This document shows, piece after piece, positions 23,218-36,100 of a stretch of 64,000 nucleotides of DNA; position 1 is the first letter of the stretch; each line of letters opens with the position of its first letter. Under the pieces are notes generated by a model, which worked only from the letters and a program-made list of their open reading frames with translations, made no database searches and was not told the origin of the DNA. The stretch is from Phoronis australis (lineage: Eukaryota > Animalia > Phoronida), in contig NMRA01000480.1 in the NCBI GenBank assembly GCA_002633005.1, positions 269,923 through 333,922 on the forward strand, written 5' to 3'. The translations under genes and the position numbers were made by a program.

Positions 23218-26200
23218 AGGCATCCGTCAACAGGTGTTTGACGAACTAGACATTGCGGTGCTCAAGGCAAATGACGGCTTGGATAAGCTCATCGAATTTT
23301 TTTGATTCCAAATTAGGCAAAGATGATTTATCAGATAGCCTTGAGAAATTCGATGCTTTCGAGGATTACGAGCGCAAGGATGGACAATCTGTTACTGAAT
23401 ACATCCAAGTGTTTGATCAGTAATACAACAGAATAGTTAAAAAGGGTATGTCACTGCCGTCGGAAATTCTAGCTTTCAAGCTGCTGCGCAAAGCAAACAT
23501 TTCAAAAGGTGAAAAATTGCTAGTGCTCACCGGCATGGACTACAGCAAGAAATCCGAGCAATATGAACAAGCAAAAACGTCACTCAACAAATTCAAGGGC
23601 GAGACTGTGAGCGGCGGGGCTGTAACTGGTAATAATGGCATCAAACTCGAACCAGCGTGGTTAGTGGAAAACGAAGACGTACTCCTTGCCGCGGGTTAGG
23701 CGCGCCGACCTCCGTGGCGAGGCCGAGGTAGAGGTGGTCGCGGACGAGGACATACACAGCCGGGCGTCAGTAATGACAGGCAACCGGATGCGCGACCCCT
23801 TAATCCAATAGGATCAAACGGAAAACGTATGACATGCATGTGCTGTGGTTCCTACAGGCACCTCATTGCCAAGTGTCCCGACAGTTGGGAGAATATGTCC
23901 AACACTCACAATTCTGAACATGCTGTGCTTTTTACCGGGAGCAAAAGCGGCTTAAGCCAACTTACGCGTGAAGCGCAAAACTCCGTAGTCCTGGACAGCG
24001 CTTGCTCTAGTACTGTCTGCGGTGAACAGTGGTTGGGTGATTACATCGCGTGTCTAAGCGAGACCGGCAAGCGTAACGTGAAGCGTAACCCAGGCGTTAG
24101 ATCATTCAAATTCGGTAGTGGGCACAGCCTCCCATCGAGGGCCAGCGTTGAGATCCCAGCTGTGCGGAAAGTCTGTCACGATCAAAACTGATGTGGTTGA
24201 ATCTGAAATACAACTATTGTTATCTAAACAAGCGATGAAAGAAGCTAAAGTGAAACTAGATCTAGAGAATGACACCGCTGAGATTATGGGCGAGCGAGTC
24301 AATTTGCAACAAACGACATCGGGTCATTATTGTGTGCCAATCGTTCCATCGCGTACTGTGGAAGAGCACGAAGTGTTCGCTGTTAATCTTCAGCATCTTA
24401 CCGCAACAGATCGCAAGAAAGCTCTTTTCAAATTGCACAGGCAGTTTGCGCATCCTCCCACTGACAAACTCGTTGGCTTGCTTAAAGACGCGGGGGTGTA
24501 TGATGACTGTTTCCTGGATGATTTGTCTGCGATTCGGGACAATTATGACTTGTGTAAAATCCACGCGAAAACGCCCCCGAAACCAGTCGTTGCGTTTCCT
24601 ATGGCCAACGATTTTAATGATGCTGTTGCAATCGATCTTAAGAAGTGGAAATCGCGCTGGATTGATATGTGGTCCCGTCTGACAATCTCCGTGTTTATTG
24701 ACAGAAAGAAACCATCCGAAGTAATTGACAAAATAATGACTTACTGGGTTGGTGCTGGATTTGGCGTTCCGAAAGCGATATTGTCGGACAATGGCGTGGA
24801 ATTCAGTTCGGATGAAACTCGAGAAGTGGCCAGTATTTTGAACATGAAACTGCACACTACTGCTGCCGGTAGTCCATTTCAATGGTTTGTGCGAACGCGT
24901 TACCGATAGTATGCTGATAAAGCTTGCGGATGAGTTCCCCAAAACCGATTTAGCTGTGCTGCTGTGTTGGGCGAATGTTGCTCGAAATTCTCTGCATATG
25001 TGGAACGGATTCAGTAGTTATCAGTTAGTCTTTGACAGGAATCCGAACTTGTCCAATATCATGTCCGACGGTTTGCCCGCTCTGCAGGAAATTACCTACA
25101 GCGAGACTCTTGCGAAACACTTGAATGCGCTGTACGCCTCGAGAAGAGCGTTTGTGGCGTCTGATGCGGATGAGAGAATTAGAAGGGCGTTGCGTCACAA
25201 AGTGAGATCATCGGAACAATTGTTTGAGCATGGTACTGTTGTTTATAACAAGCGTGAAGACCGAGAACGATGGCTCGGACTCGGAAAAGTTTTGTTTCAA
25301 GACGGCAAGGAGGTGGTCGTGCGCCATGGCGGTTTAATCGTGCGCGTGTCTCCTACGAGACTTGTGAAAGCCGGTGAGGCACTTGGCACCCAGTCTGATG
25401 ATAGTGATTCTGTTTCACAAAATGACATTTCCGATCATGGTAACGCGAACGATTGTACACCGACTAGAAACGTTGCGTGTAGTGAACAGCTTGGTGCCTC
25501 GAATAGTGACAGTTGTGAGAATAGAAGTGACACTGCAGTTCGCCCCGACATACGCATCAGGTACAAAGTCCTCCCANCAATTTCAAGTGTCAAATTCGGA
25601 ACACGGCGCATTCGTAACGGAACTATGTCTAAGTATAGGCTCTCCCGCGATATCCCAGGCGACCGGCAGTAGCGCTGCGCACTACGACTCCGTTTCCGTC
25701 GTCTGCTCCACTGTGCAGTGAAGAAAATTTACTTCATTTTTAAAGAAAATGGAGCCTGAGTGACGATGAAAAAACAAAAGCTGCTGGTAAGATGTTAATC
25801 ACTCAGAAACTCGCAATACTCTCTTTGTCAAACCTTATCTTAAGACGATTTCCAAAGCAATCCCGTCATTATTGCTAACACGAAAAAAGGATTTGGTCTT
25901 TTGGGCTTAAGAATTGATGGCACAAAATATAAAACGTGTAATAAGCATTACAAAAAGAAGTAGGTTTCGCGCGCAAACGCTGTGGACCTTTTTTCTTGGA
26001 TAATACTTCAGGAATCAAGGAAAATGCTTGATTTTAGAGGTAAAAACAGAAAAATTTCCTGGGCGGGAGGGGGGTTTGCCCCCCATTCGGTGCTATGCGC
26101 GTCTACAATCATGGTTCAGTTTGCGCAAATGCTTACAGCCGGACGAAATGTTGGGCCTCCCCTTGTGACATCCTAGATCCGCCACTGTCCCAAATCGCGT

Positions 26201-26850
26201 CACAACGAGTCCGAGTGCGTTATTGCGAAACACGTTGAACTTGACAAGTTGAAAGAATTCGGTACCTACGAAGAGGTAAATGACAACGGACAAAATAGCA
26301 TGTCCACCACCTGGGTTTTGTGGAGTAAAGGTGATCAAGTGCGAGCGAGATTGGTCGCCTGAGCCTTTGAGGAGCAGGCGGACGTGCCTCGGGACTCGCC
26401 CACCATTGGTAAAAGTGCATTGCGGGTGTTTTTGGCAGTGGCTGCTGCAATAAGTTGGACTCTCAAAAGCACTGACATCAAGTCTGCGTTTTTGCAACGC
26501 GATATTTTTATCGTTCCGCCGCCTGAGGCAAAATGCGCCCAGAAACTGTGGAAGTTGAACCGCTGCCTATATGGATTGAATGATGCTGCTCGTCAATTCT
26601 TTGAGAGCGTGTGTGAAGAGCTGCAGAAGTTGGGTTGTACCCAGTCATCCCATGATCCCGCCCTGTTTACTTTCCGCAAGGACGGTCGACTAGTAGGTAT
26701 GTTATGCAGTCACATTGACGGTTTTTTGCATTGCGGCGAGAACTGGTTTGACTTGTTGGTCATGGCTCGTTTGCGCGAACGCTTTACGGCTGGAAAGTTG
26801 GAGGAAGGCGGCCATTTCAAATTTGTCGGTTTTCATGTAAAGCACATATA
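23218..26850 (+). mobile_element. Degenerate Copia LTR retrotransposon (GalEa-like): gag-PR-IN-RT, both ends missing
   Basis: gag LAFKLLRKANIS; CCHC knuckle CMCCGSYRHLIAKC; protease VLDSACSSTVCG; integrase HRQFAHP, AIDLK, LSDNGVEF, GLCER; RT RARLVA, DIKSAFLQ, LYGLNDAARQF, SHIDGF. IN precedes RT. Stops, frameshifts, and a MITE insertion at 25578-26187. Confidence 0.9.
25578..26187 (-). mobile_element. hAT-like MITE (same family as 58475-59494) inserted in the Copia element
   Basis: Reverse-complement homologue of 58475-59314; right end TCCTAGATCCGCCACTG; TCCCA on both sides (25572-25576, 26188-26192); the left end is hidden by the N at 25577. Confidence 0.85.
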
Positions 26851-29276
26851 ATCACTTGTTAGGGACATTTGCGTTGTCTTTGAGCGAACTAACAGGTGTT
26901 ATTAACCAGTCGTGTCGTAACACATTCCAGGTCATGCGAGAAAAGGCGAACGTCAATTCTGGATTAATTTCGTCGACTTGTAGGGAGATACTCCCCCCAT
27001 ATCACAATCAAGGCGATGGAAAAGCAACAGACACATTCAACCTCTTTAAAATCTGGCCCCAACGATTTCCAGCCCTAGCTTCTTACGGTCCTTCTGCACA
27101 TTGAAGTAAAATGTCCTTTAGAATGAACGAGTACGGACACGTTCAGTGGAAATATATTATAAGCAAAATGGAGTACACACTTATAAAAAAATATGTTCAA
27201 CGATACATGCAAAGGTACGGAAATTAATATTTTGACCACAATGAACCTCAGTCGGACTATTTGATTTTTATTCATATCACTAAATTGATATTTTTGCTTC
27301 TTTATTCATTTGAATTCCATACTATACTAGTACCATTGCATACATCCACCCTACGTCAATATTTCGATAGACGGTAAGGAATGACGTAATGGAAAGTACT
27401 GGATCTTTTGTGGAATAAATGGAATTTTGATGAGTTTTATTTATTCATTTTCTCATTCATGTGGTATCTCTCTTGGAAAATATGTTTTATGTGATATTTT
27501 CTCAAAAGTTGGCTTTGCATGTTTTTAAAATTGGCTGGGTAAAACGTGCACAAACCGATCGTGATTTGATAAAGGTAGATCTCATTACAATTTATAGTGT
27601 GGTTTTAGTACATATGTACCTACTCTAGTACATATGTACCTGTTCTAGAACTTATGTACCCATTCCAGAAGTCAAATCAAACAACCAAACTCATTACTTT
27701 GTATATTAGATTTCTATGTGTATTGAAATGATTGGAATTGCTGCGGAAAAGAAAATAAAATTCAAACGCGGCGTCGCTTAGCCTTCCTGTCTCGTGCGGT
27801 CGAACAGTACTGCAATTCAAATATTAATCTTAAATGTTCTTTTTAGTAACTAAGACCAAAAACAACATAACCGTGGTTAAATTGCTCGCAGACAATTTAA
27901 CGATAGCCTGTCGGTTTCATTTTCGTCAAAATCGGTACTGAATTGTGATAAGCAAATCACTTTGTTAAAATGTATTCCCAAGTGACGTCCTTTAAAATTG
28001 ACATCATTTTTCAAAATAGACAGAACATAATTTACAAGTTTCGGAATTCCAAACTTCACCTGGCTGATGAAATCCTCGTCAATGTCATTATTTTTTCCAC
28101 ACCCCTGTAAACACTTCGGAAAATACTGTGAGGCATGATACAGATGCAAACACATTTTTATAGATTACATTTCCGTGATCAAATTTTTGATAAAAAGTAG
28201 GATACTTGGCACATTGACAACAAATCTCAGTATTTAGTCAAATAACAAAAATTATATATTTTAGATCAGTGAAAGCATGTATATTGAAAGTAAAAGTCAT
28301 ATATAATTTGTTTTTTACTTCTTATCAATCTGCCATGAGTGGAGTCAAGTGACCATATCTTCCTAGTATATTTTAGCAAAAAGGAAACTCCCGTTGATAA
28401 CAATTCAACGAAATCAATTACAAGAACGAAATTGTTTCAATATAAGCATTCAAGTTCAAAAACGCGGTTGCAGCTTACTAAGCTATCTTTTCGTTTTCTT
28501 GTTATGCAAATTTTTATATTTTCTGAAAATCATGAAAGTCCTACTTTTGATAGCCTACGACGTAAAAGTAGAATACTTTAAAGGCAATTGCTAACATTAT
28601 AGGTAGCTTGGAATTCAGGGCACAAAGCATCAGTTCTGAAAGTTTCTTAGGAACCCGATTAGTCTATTGTGAGATATGATATTCCGAAGTAAGGCAAATT
28701 TGAGGGTTTGTTTCTAGGGTCTTACATAACCATAAAGGTACACTATCTGCCAAGGAATTCTTACTCTGGTACATATAGTACATCAATAATCTGCATCTAA
28801 CAGAACTGGGTTTCTCTGATTGTGTGTGGCTAATGATGGTGTTTACAGCGCCTTCTGTTGGTCAACATATGTGAGACTTGAATATATGTGAATTTAGTTT
28901 TTACCAAAAATGTGCAACTTTAAACAAGGGAACTTTTTGATGTTGAATTAGATATGCTTTATATTGTCACACAAGAAAAAAGCAGCAGCAAATTATCAAG
29001 TGAAAGAAGTCGAGAAATATTCTAAACCTCAGGGGCCAAAACCTGCCATATGGATACAATGCGGAAAAAAAAGGTGACGCAGTCACTAGGTGTGTTCGCA
29101 GTGTAAGTAGCAGGGGTCGTAACACTCAACTAATCTTCGATCCTCAATCATTCATCCTGTGTTAACAACTACTTACATTATCACGTGCCTGCTATTGCAA
29201 CACAGCAATTTCTGACGATAACTCGGGTTTACTATGGGCGCTACGAAAAAAATGAGATAATAGCTACACTATCCTT

Positions 29277-29420
29277 GGGAGGGCCTAGTGGTTTAGGTGT
29301 TCGTTTTCTTTACTCAAAATCGTGGGTTAGAGTCCCACTGAGGCACACTTCTAGACCCTTAAGTCAGGATAAAGTTCAGTATCTGTCTCGCGACTAGAGA
29401 AATCTTTCCAAAATCATGTG
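29277..29420 (+). mobile_element. Decayed tRNA-derived SINE head
   Basis: A-box-like GGCCTAGTGGTTTAGG and B-box-like GGTTAGAGTCCC at tRNA-like spacing; no intact cloverleaf. Confidence 0.5.
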
Positions 29421-31379
29421 TTCTCATTTAGAATACACTGCAATATCTCACGTAATCTCGAGAAGTCTTGCGTTTTAGCGAGGTCCTAAGGTTGATCCGG
29501 GCGTTAATGAGCTCTAGCCTGGTCTCTAACTCCTCAACTCTGTGTAATCTATATATTAATAAAGTATAAAAGTCGTTCCAGGTGACCAGTGCAATGGGCC
29601 ACCCGAGCAGCCTGAGCACGTCTGCTACAACCTGTAACAAATCGTCTGCTACAACGTGTACCAAATCGTCTGCAATTCTAACTTTTTATACATTATCCTT
29701 GAGGAAATGTAAATTTGGTGGTAATCTTAGGAGAAAAAAAAGCGTTAACGAAAAAGGAGGGTTGTTAATAAGTGTATCCGTGTGAGCCTAAAGGAAGTTT
29801 ATTTCTAAACTGAATGTATGAAGAAAATGTTAGCGTTCAATTAATACCATTTATAATTACGTTTTCTATTTTAGAACATCTCAAATTCAATGAAGAATGG
29901 TAATTAAATCTTCGTGACATTCTCTTAAACCAAATTACGAACAATTCCCTTCAAATGGCACAGTATCGAAAGCGTAGTAAACAGGTGGTTAGGTACTAAT
30001 GAATTGATGAGCTTGTGTAAATCGACCGACATTGCAAACAAACTCAAAGCTGTAACGTTGGATGGTCTTTAAAATCTATACAAATTTCAAAAAAGTCACT
30101 GCACATTTTAATCGTTCATATCTGAAAAAAATTATTTCGCATAATGCCTAGTATACCCCGTTGTCTGGACATTGACTTGTAAAGATACACGAGGAAGCGG
30201 AATGTTTAATGGATACACACACAGAGACAAAAGCGCAACCCCGCGATTCCGTTGTTCGTAATGACAAATGAACGACGACATCTCGTTAAATATGGTAGGC
30301 TGTGCTAAGTGCAACACTCGCTCTAATTCCCTCTAAAGGTGCCCATGGGACTGCCTGCGTCGGTTGTAAATTGAAGAAGATTGACAATGATGCCAAACGT
30401 GTTAATGTCTCAACAAAACATCAGTGAAGATGCGTTCAAGACAGCGGTGGTCATGCACCCCTATAAATGTTCACAACATGTTTGTTCGCGGGACGGTTCC
30501 TGTTGTCAAGTTATTGGTGGAAGTTGACAACAGGAGTCGTTCTGTGAACACATAATGTCGGCGGTTTACGTAACTCGTAAGCCAATCGATGGCATGCTGC
30601 AGCTGTGTAACGTTCATGTTTATACATGTGGGATTGTACCTCTAGTCTCACTTTTATGTAAAATTGCAAGGTTACTAAGCGTTATTAGATTGTTGCCGTT
30701 GGCGACGGAGCAACGGACTAAGAAATGTTACAATCTGTCTGTGTACACCGTCAGCCCCGACTTGAGTTCAGCAACCAATACAGATAGGCTTACGATTCAA
30801 GTCGCCAGTCAGATTTCTTGAATCCTAAGCACTTCTCAAGATTCAAATGAAATATCAGCTAGTCCATTTCAGCGATTTTTAATTCACATAAAACGCAACT
30901 TTATTATGGATGTAAAAATAAAAAAAAAACTCAATATACTTACGGAAAATCATAACATCAACACCCTCACACACAAGTAGTCAAACGGTAATGAGCGGAG
31001 TTCTGTCAAATATATATCCCGTTAATCCTAATAAGCCAGCAGTCGTCTCCTCGCTCTCTTCAGCAAGACTTTTCTAGCATGCAATACGGATTATGGTGCG
31101 TATATGAATGTAAAAAATATCTTTGGCCGTCATAAATACCGTCATTCAATATAACAGATTGCTGTCAGATGGCACCGTTGACGTGGTCCAGGAGCCAAGT
31201 TCGACAAAACAATCCTCGCTGTCAAAGCGTATGCAGCTTGATGCACAACACTTTCAAACGTGCATGCGTCGTTTTAATATGAATCATTACTTTAATTTAA
31301 CACTGGTAAAAGTTTGCAAAGGCTACAAATATGTGAAACACGTTTTCTACATTTCCTGTTTCTAAGATCCTAGTAAATT

Positions 31380-31765
31380 TTGTCTCGCATCCAGCTTCTA
31401 TCAATATCAGACTCTGTTGAACATACCTGGCATGTCGTTCCCCGTTGGTCAATTCAGCTGAACACGAAAACCATGCATTCGCGACCTTAACTGGTGTAAC
31501 TCGAGTAACTTACTGAATGTTAAAGGCGGGTAGCGCCTAGTGGTAACTGCTTCTCACGAGCTCAGTTGTTGCAGCTTACAGTTTAGCTGCGCTTCTATTT
31601 TCGTATTGAGCAGCAATTACGTCTCAGATATTAGAGTCAGTGAGAGAAATAGGAAACAAAGTGAAATGCTGAATTACGCATACAAATTAGATGGTAGCTT
31701 AGCCTGGTAAAATCTGACTAAATAGCTTGTAATACTAATCAGTAGAAGCTGGATTCAAGAGACAA
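31380..31765. mobile_element. Old MITE-like element
   Basis: TTGTCTCGCATCCAGCTTCTA is an imperfect inverted match to TAGAAGCTGGATTCAAGAGACAA. Confidence 0.45.
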
Positions 31766-32813
31766 TAATAAACGCGACATATGCCATCTTTCGGGAACAT
31801 TTAATGTACACTCAGGTTGAAAACTGCTTCTTCACGTGACGTGGTTCTTGCTTAGCTCATATTCAGGCATAATTTTCCGGCTAGGCGTAATTGAACCGAA
31901 CAGCAACACTTCTGCAACGCTATGAGATGTCATTTGTTCAGATATACGCCTCTCCATCTAAATTAGTAGCCCTACATGTCTCAGTGATATGTATCTCCGT
32001 CTCGTCGAGATATTCTTTGTGAAGACAGGCATTTGAACCGGTTGGCAAGAAATTTAGACTCAGCAATGTAGGGCGGTCTTTGATTCTGTCCTTTTTCTGA
32101 GGCTTGACAACACTTGAATAATAAAAAAACACAATTGGTAACAAAATGTCTACACTGAAAAGCCACAAGAGAGAATTGCAGCTAAATATTAAACGCAAGT
32201 TCCATTCAAATTCGTCTCAGTGTGAACTCAGCGGGAGAGGGCAGATACATATGGCTCAGTTTTGTCTTAAACTTGCATGCACACATGCAAACTAATTGAT
32301 AAGTTCACCACTGTCGGTGGTGATATCTCGGGAATATTTGTCATGTTTGTCACCACTTTTTACTGAGACACGCAAACGACACACATAGATTGTATTGTCA
32401 GGAACTACTAACTACAGGGACATCTATCGGGAAACATACATAACACCCCTTTACGGTAACTAAATTGTCCATGCAACAAAGACAGTACCAAAAAGCACGT
32501 CTTAATCAAGTTTTATGACTACAAATTTCTACAAGTCAAGCCTCTGCGGCTGCTTACGTAGATCGTCTCACAGTGCTGGAGATTTAACGGTAACTGATAC
32601 ATTGTCGGACACTACGGGTTCAGTTTTGAGCACATTGTCACCTGACACATATACAGACGGTACAGACATATTTTTTAAGTATTAAATTATGTTATGCAAG
32701 CTATACTGCTTCGTCCTTTGATTCTCGGGTCAGTGACATTTCAGTTATGCTACACCTAATGGTTTATTTGTACCACGAGATTTCTTTGACTTGTTGCAAC
32801 CAATGAGCTATAA

Positions 32814-33011
32814 TACAATCTATTCAAACAGTCTCTATTTAAAAATTAAGCCTCTTGTTAGGTTTTAAAAACAATGCATCAGATCTGCGCTTAATCACAT
32901 CGCAAAGTGTATTGTTTTTCGCCGTGCCTCATTATATTTATGCCTCAAATGCATTGTTTTTTAACCTAAAAAGAGGCTCACTACTAAAATGGTGACTGTG
33001 AATAAGGTGTA
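32814..33011. mobile_element. ~200-bp hairpin MITE with TA ends
   Basis: Imperfect inverted arms of about 65 bp, core AGCCTCTTGTTAGGTTTTAAAAACAATGCAT / ATGCATTGTTTTTTAACCTAAAAAGAGGCT. Confidence 0.6.
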
Positions 33012-35559
33012 TATGGAGATGACACCATTTACTACGTAATACAACACTGCGTGTATTATCTTACTCATATGGAGTACATTAGCCTGCGCGAAAGTAGTTC
33101 ACTTCTATGCTTTTGCTCGGTAGACGGCGCTTTTGTAAACATGGTGGCTCGCTCTGATTTCGGCAGTAGGCCTATCGCGTTTCTGAATCACTGTAAATGT
33201 TACTGAACAACTGTTTTAAATGCCGACTCAGATCAATTTCCGAACCGGGAATCTAACTGGGGCCAGTCATACACGCCTGTACGTTGTAGGCTACTTGCAT
33301 AAAAAGTGAGGGAAAAGGGGTCTGAATGAAAGGTACATTGGTGATTTTCGACACATCACTGTGACTGTGGCCGCTTGGACTTCGACTTCAGAGTTCAGTC
33401 TTATCACACCTAACTACTTTGGAAACAAGTCGGATATAATGTTTCCTGGTTTTGAGAATGACGCGATCAACATGTTGCAATATTAACTTCAGTGCAGGTT
33501 CACTAGTTATAGCTCACAGAGTCAGACTGTGTGAGCCAGAACACACCAGTGACAGCAAATGTCTAGACTTGACCAGGCGAATACACGTGTTGTTGGTCAC
33601 TTTATACTAAGGAAAAATGGGAAACGAACAACAGGACAAGGATATGGTCGAAAAAAGTTGATGAATGTAACAACTGAATAACATTCCTATTATTCAGTGG
33701 ATTAGACAGTGACCACCGTCTCTAACTAGCATTTTGTTTTGTTCAAAACCCACACAGCTGCAGAAATCAGCAAGAATGGATGTCAGCAATCTCATTGCTC
33801 AGTCTTAAGATCGACAGAAACATGTACTAATGGATTGATTCGCCATCTGTTTCTAAGAAGCCAACAGGAGCAAACAGTTAGTTGACCATGGGTATTCAGT
33901 ATCTGAGAATTATCAACAATCCAACCCTTTCTTGTCAAAAATGTCTAAAGATACAACCGAGAAACTTGATCGGAAACTGTTGTTTAAAATCAGTACATAT
34001 TTGGATGACCTTTGCAAGAATTCAGGAAAAATGTGCTTCAACTTCCCATGAGGAACCTGGATGACAAGCCGCTTCTTTGGAAAATTGTGAAAGAAGTGGA
34101 CAATCGTCCACATGGGCTACCACTTCTGTTACTATGTGTCATTCACTACATATCGGTATGACTAAGAATGAATTCACTGTAGCCATAATGTATGGGATAC
34201 ATGTAGATGTTTGCCAAAAACCCTCAACTCTGTGCTGTACAGAGGCTATTGACTGCTGCGTGCATTCGTCATCATGCTGACAATGGTGCATGTTTGAACA
34301 TTTTTCATGGCAAGAGATGGATCACGTTTATAGCTTATAATTGTTTTTAACATATATTTTTAGCAAACGTGACGAAGTTGACGATAGCAATTAGATAGGT
34401 GATTACAAATTCTCCAGATTGAGACATCCTCCTAAATTCAGAACACAGAAATCATTGCTGAAATTTAATTTTTTCATCTTGAAATTTGAGGCCTGAGTGA
34501 TTTTTATTTTTTTGTACTTTTCAAATTCTTAACGCTATGTTGTAGCATAACAGGTTGCAAGATTACTCTTGTAAGTTCATAAAAAGTGACTTTCATGACA
34601 AACATTTAACAATTTGTTACCATTCCCCTTGAATTTTTGACACACAATTGTGTGAATTTCTAAAAATTGTGACAAGCTCCCACTTTGAACAAAATAATTA
34701 TTCACTGTCCCAAACTAGAGAATTTTTGCGTAATTAATTTTTGAATTTCTTATGTAGTTAACTGTAAAACTGATGGATGAGTGTTCTTGTTTATGAGAGG
34801 ATCTGCTTTAAGAAAAAAGGTTATAAAAGTGATGACAATTTATTGTTTAGCTTTTGATCTTAAGTGATGGTGTGGTAGTTTTCACCAGCTTTAAAAATGT
34901 CAGTGACAAAAGGTAGAGTTCATAAGTGACAACAGATATCAATAGTCCATTTCAGTTAGTGACTCTGAAGCAGATGCTTATGGTGGCAGTACTCGTGTGG
35001 TTAAAGAGTCATGACATAATGCTTTCGATTTAAAAATCTTGAGGAACTCTCTGATATGTAAGCTACAACTGTTTTTCTCACAAGAAATGATGTTTGTGTG
35101 TTGTCAAAATCATTTGCATGCTGAGTTAGCCACTGAATGATCTCAGTGATTCGTATGGTTAAGGGGGTTTTGATCAAAGAATAATATTTATTTTAATTGG
35201 CTAGACTGATACATACCCAGGGAACTTGTGCCATGTGATAAAATGTTATTGTTTACATATGTTTTGGAAAAAATAAGTGGCTTAACGAGATCATGAAATG
35301 TTACAATTGTGTCTTTAGCATCTAACGTCAATGTATAATACAGGATTACTTTTACATAAACATTTAAAATGTTATTGATTTTGAATTTCCTATATATAGT
35401 TAAGGTTAAGAAGGCATGCCTACGTGATGTTCTCTGTACATTTGTTGATTTGATAACACTATCAATGATGGCGTTACTGTATCAAAAATAAAAAATTAAA
35501 GGGCAATTTTGATAGTAAAATCACCGATGAAAATCTTATTTTAATGATGTGGATTTTCG

Positions 35560-36100
35560 ACTCTGTTCCAATTTTTGTACTTCAGGGTGACCTAAAAGGG
35601 CTGCTGGGTTCCTTGTTAATTCCAGGTTGTATCTCTTGGGAGGGATTTTTTATTTAGTGCATCTGCATTGAATAAATTTATGTTTTTGATTATTTTTTGG
35701 CATCTTTCCAAGATTTCCGTAAAATTCCAGACTCAGTCGCTTTAGCGTATCTAGTAGGTGGCATTTTCAATAACTTTATCCAATATTTTACAAGAGTGAC
35801 ATAGTTATTTGCATAGAGCGGGTAAATTCCCCATTCACCCAAATACAGCTGCGTTTAAGCAAGAGTTTCCAACTACAAGACTAATTTTACAGAATTTAAC
35901 ATATCCCCAGATTTCCGCCCGTAGCACATAGTTGGCACAGGAGTTTTATCAAACAGTTCAAGTTATAGGCTCAATGGTAATTCCGTGCAGCGGTTTTTAA
36001 TTTTAGAGATAGACATAGCAGCTTTACTACCTTGACGTGCCAGAGTTTTAGCGGCTTTGGACCTAACTAAGCTGGGTGTAAAAGCTATTCCAAGATATTT
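35560..36100 (-). mobile_element. Degraded RTE-X-like LINE fragment (post-RT region)
   Basis: KYLGIAFTP..LARQG..LELFDK..CYGAEIWG..KYWIKLLKMP, parallel to the 38919-39879 fragment. Confidence 0.7.

Noticed and set aside
29277-29345. tRNA gene
   Set aside because: A and B boxes are degenerate and no cloverleaf forms; treated as a SINE head.
33640-34300. Possible BED-finger hAT transposase remnant (CTNGLIRHL)
   Set aside because: Only one short motif amid many stops; not enough to call without a profile search.
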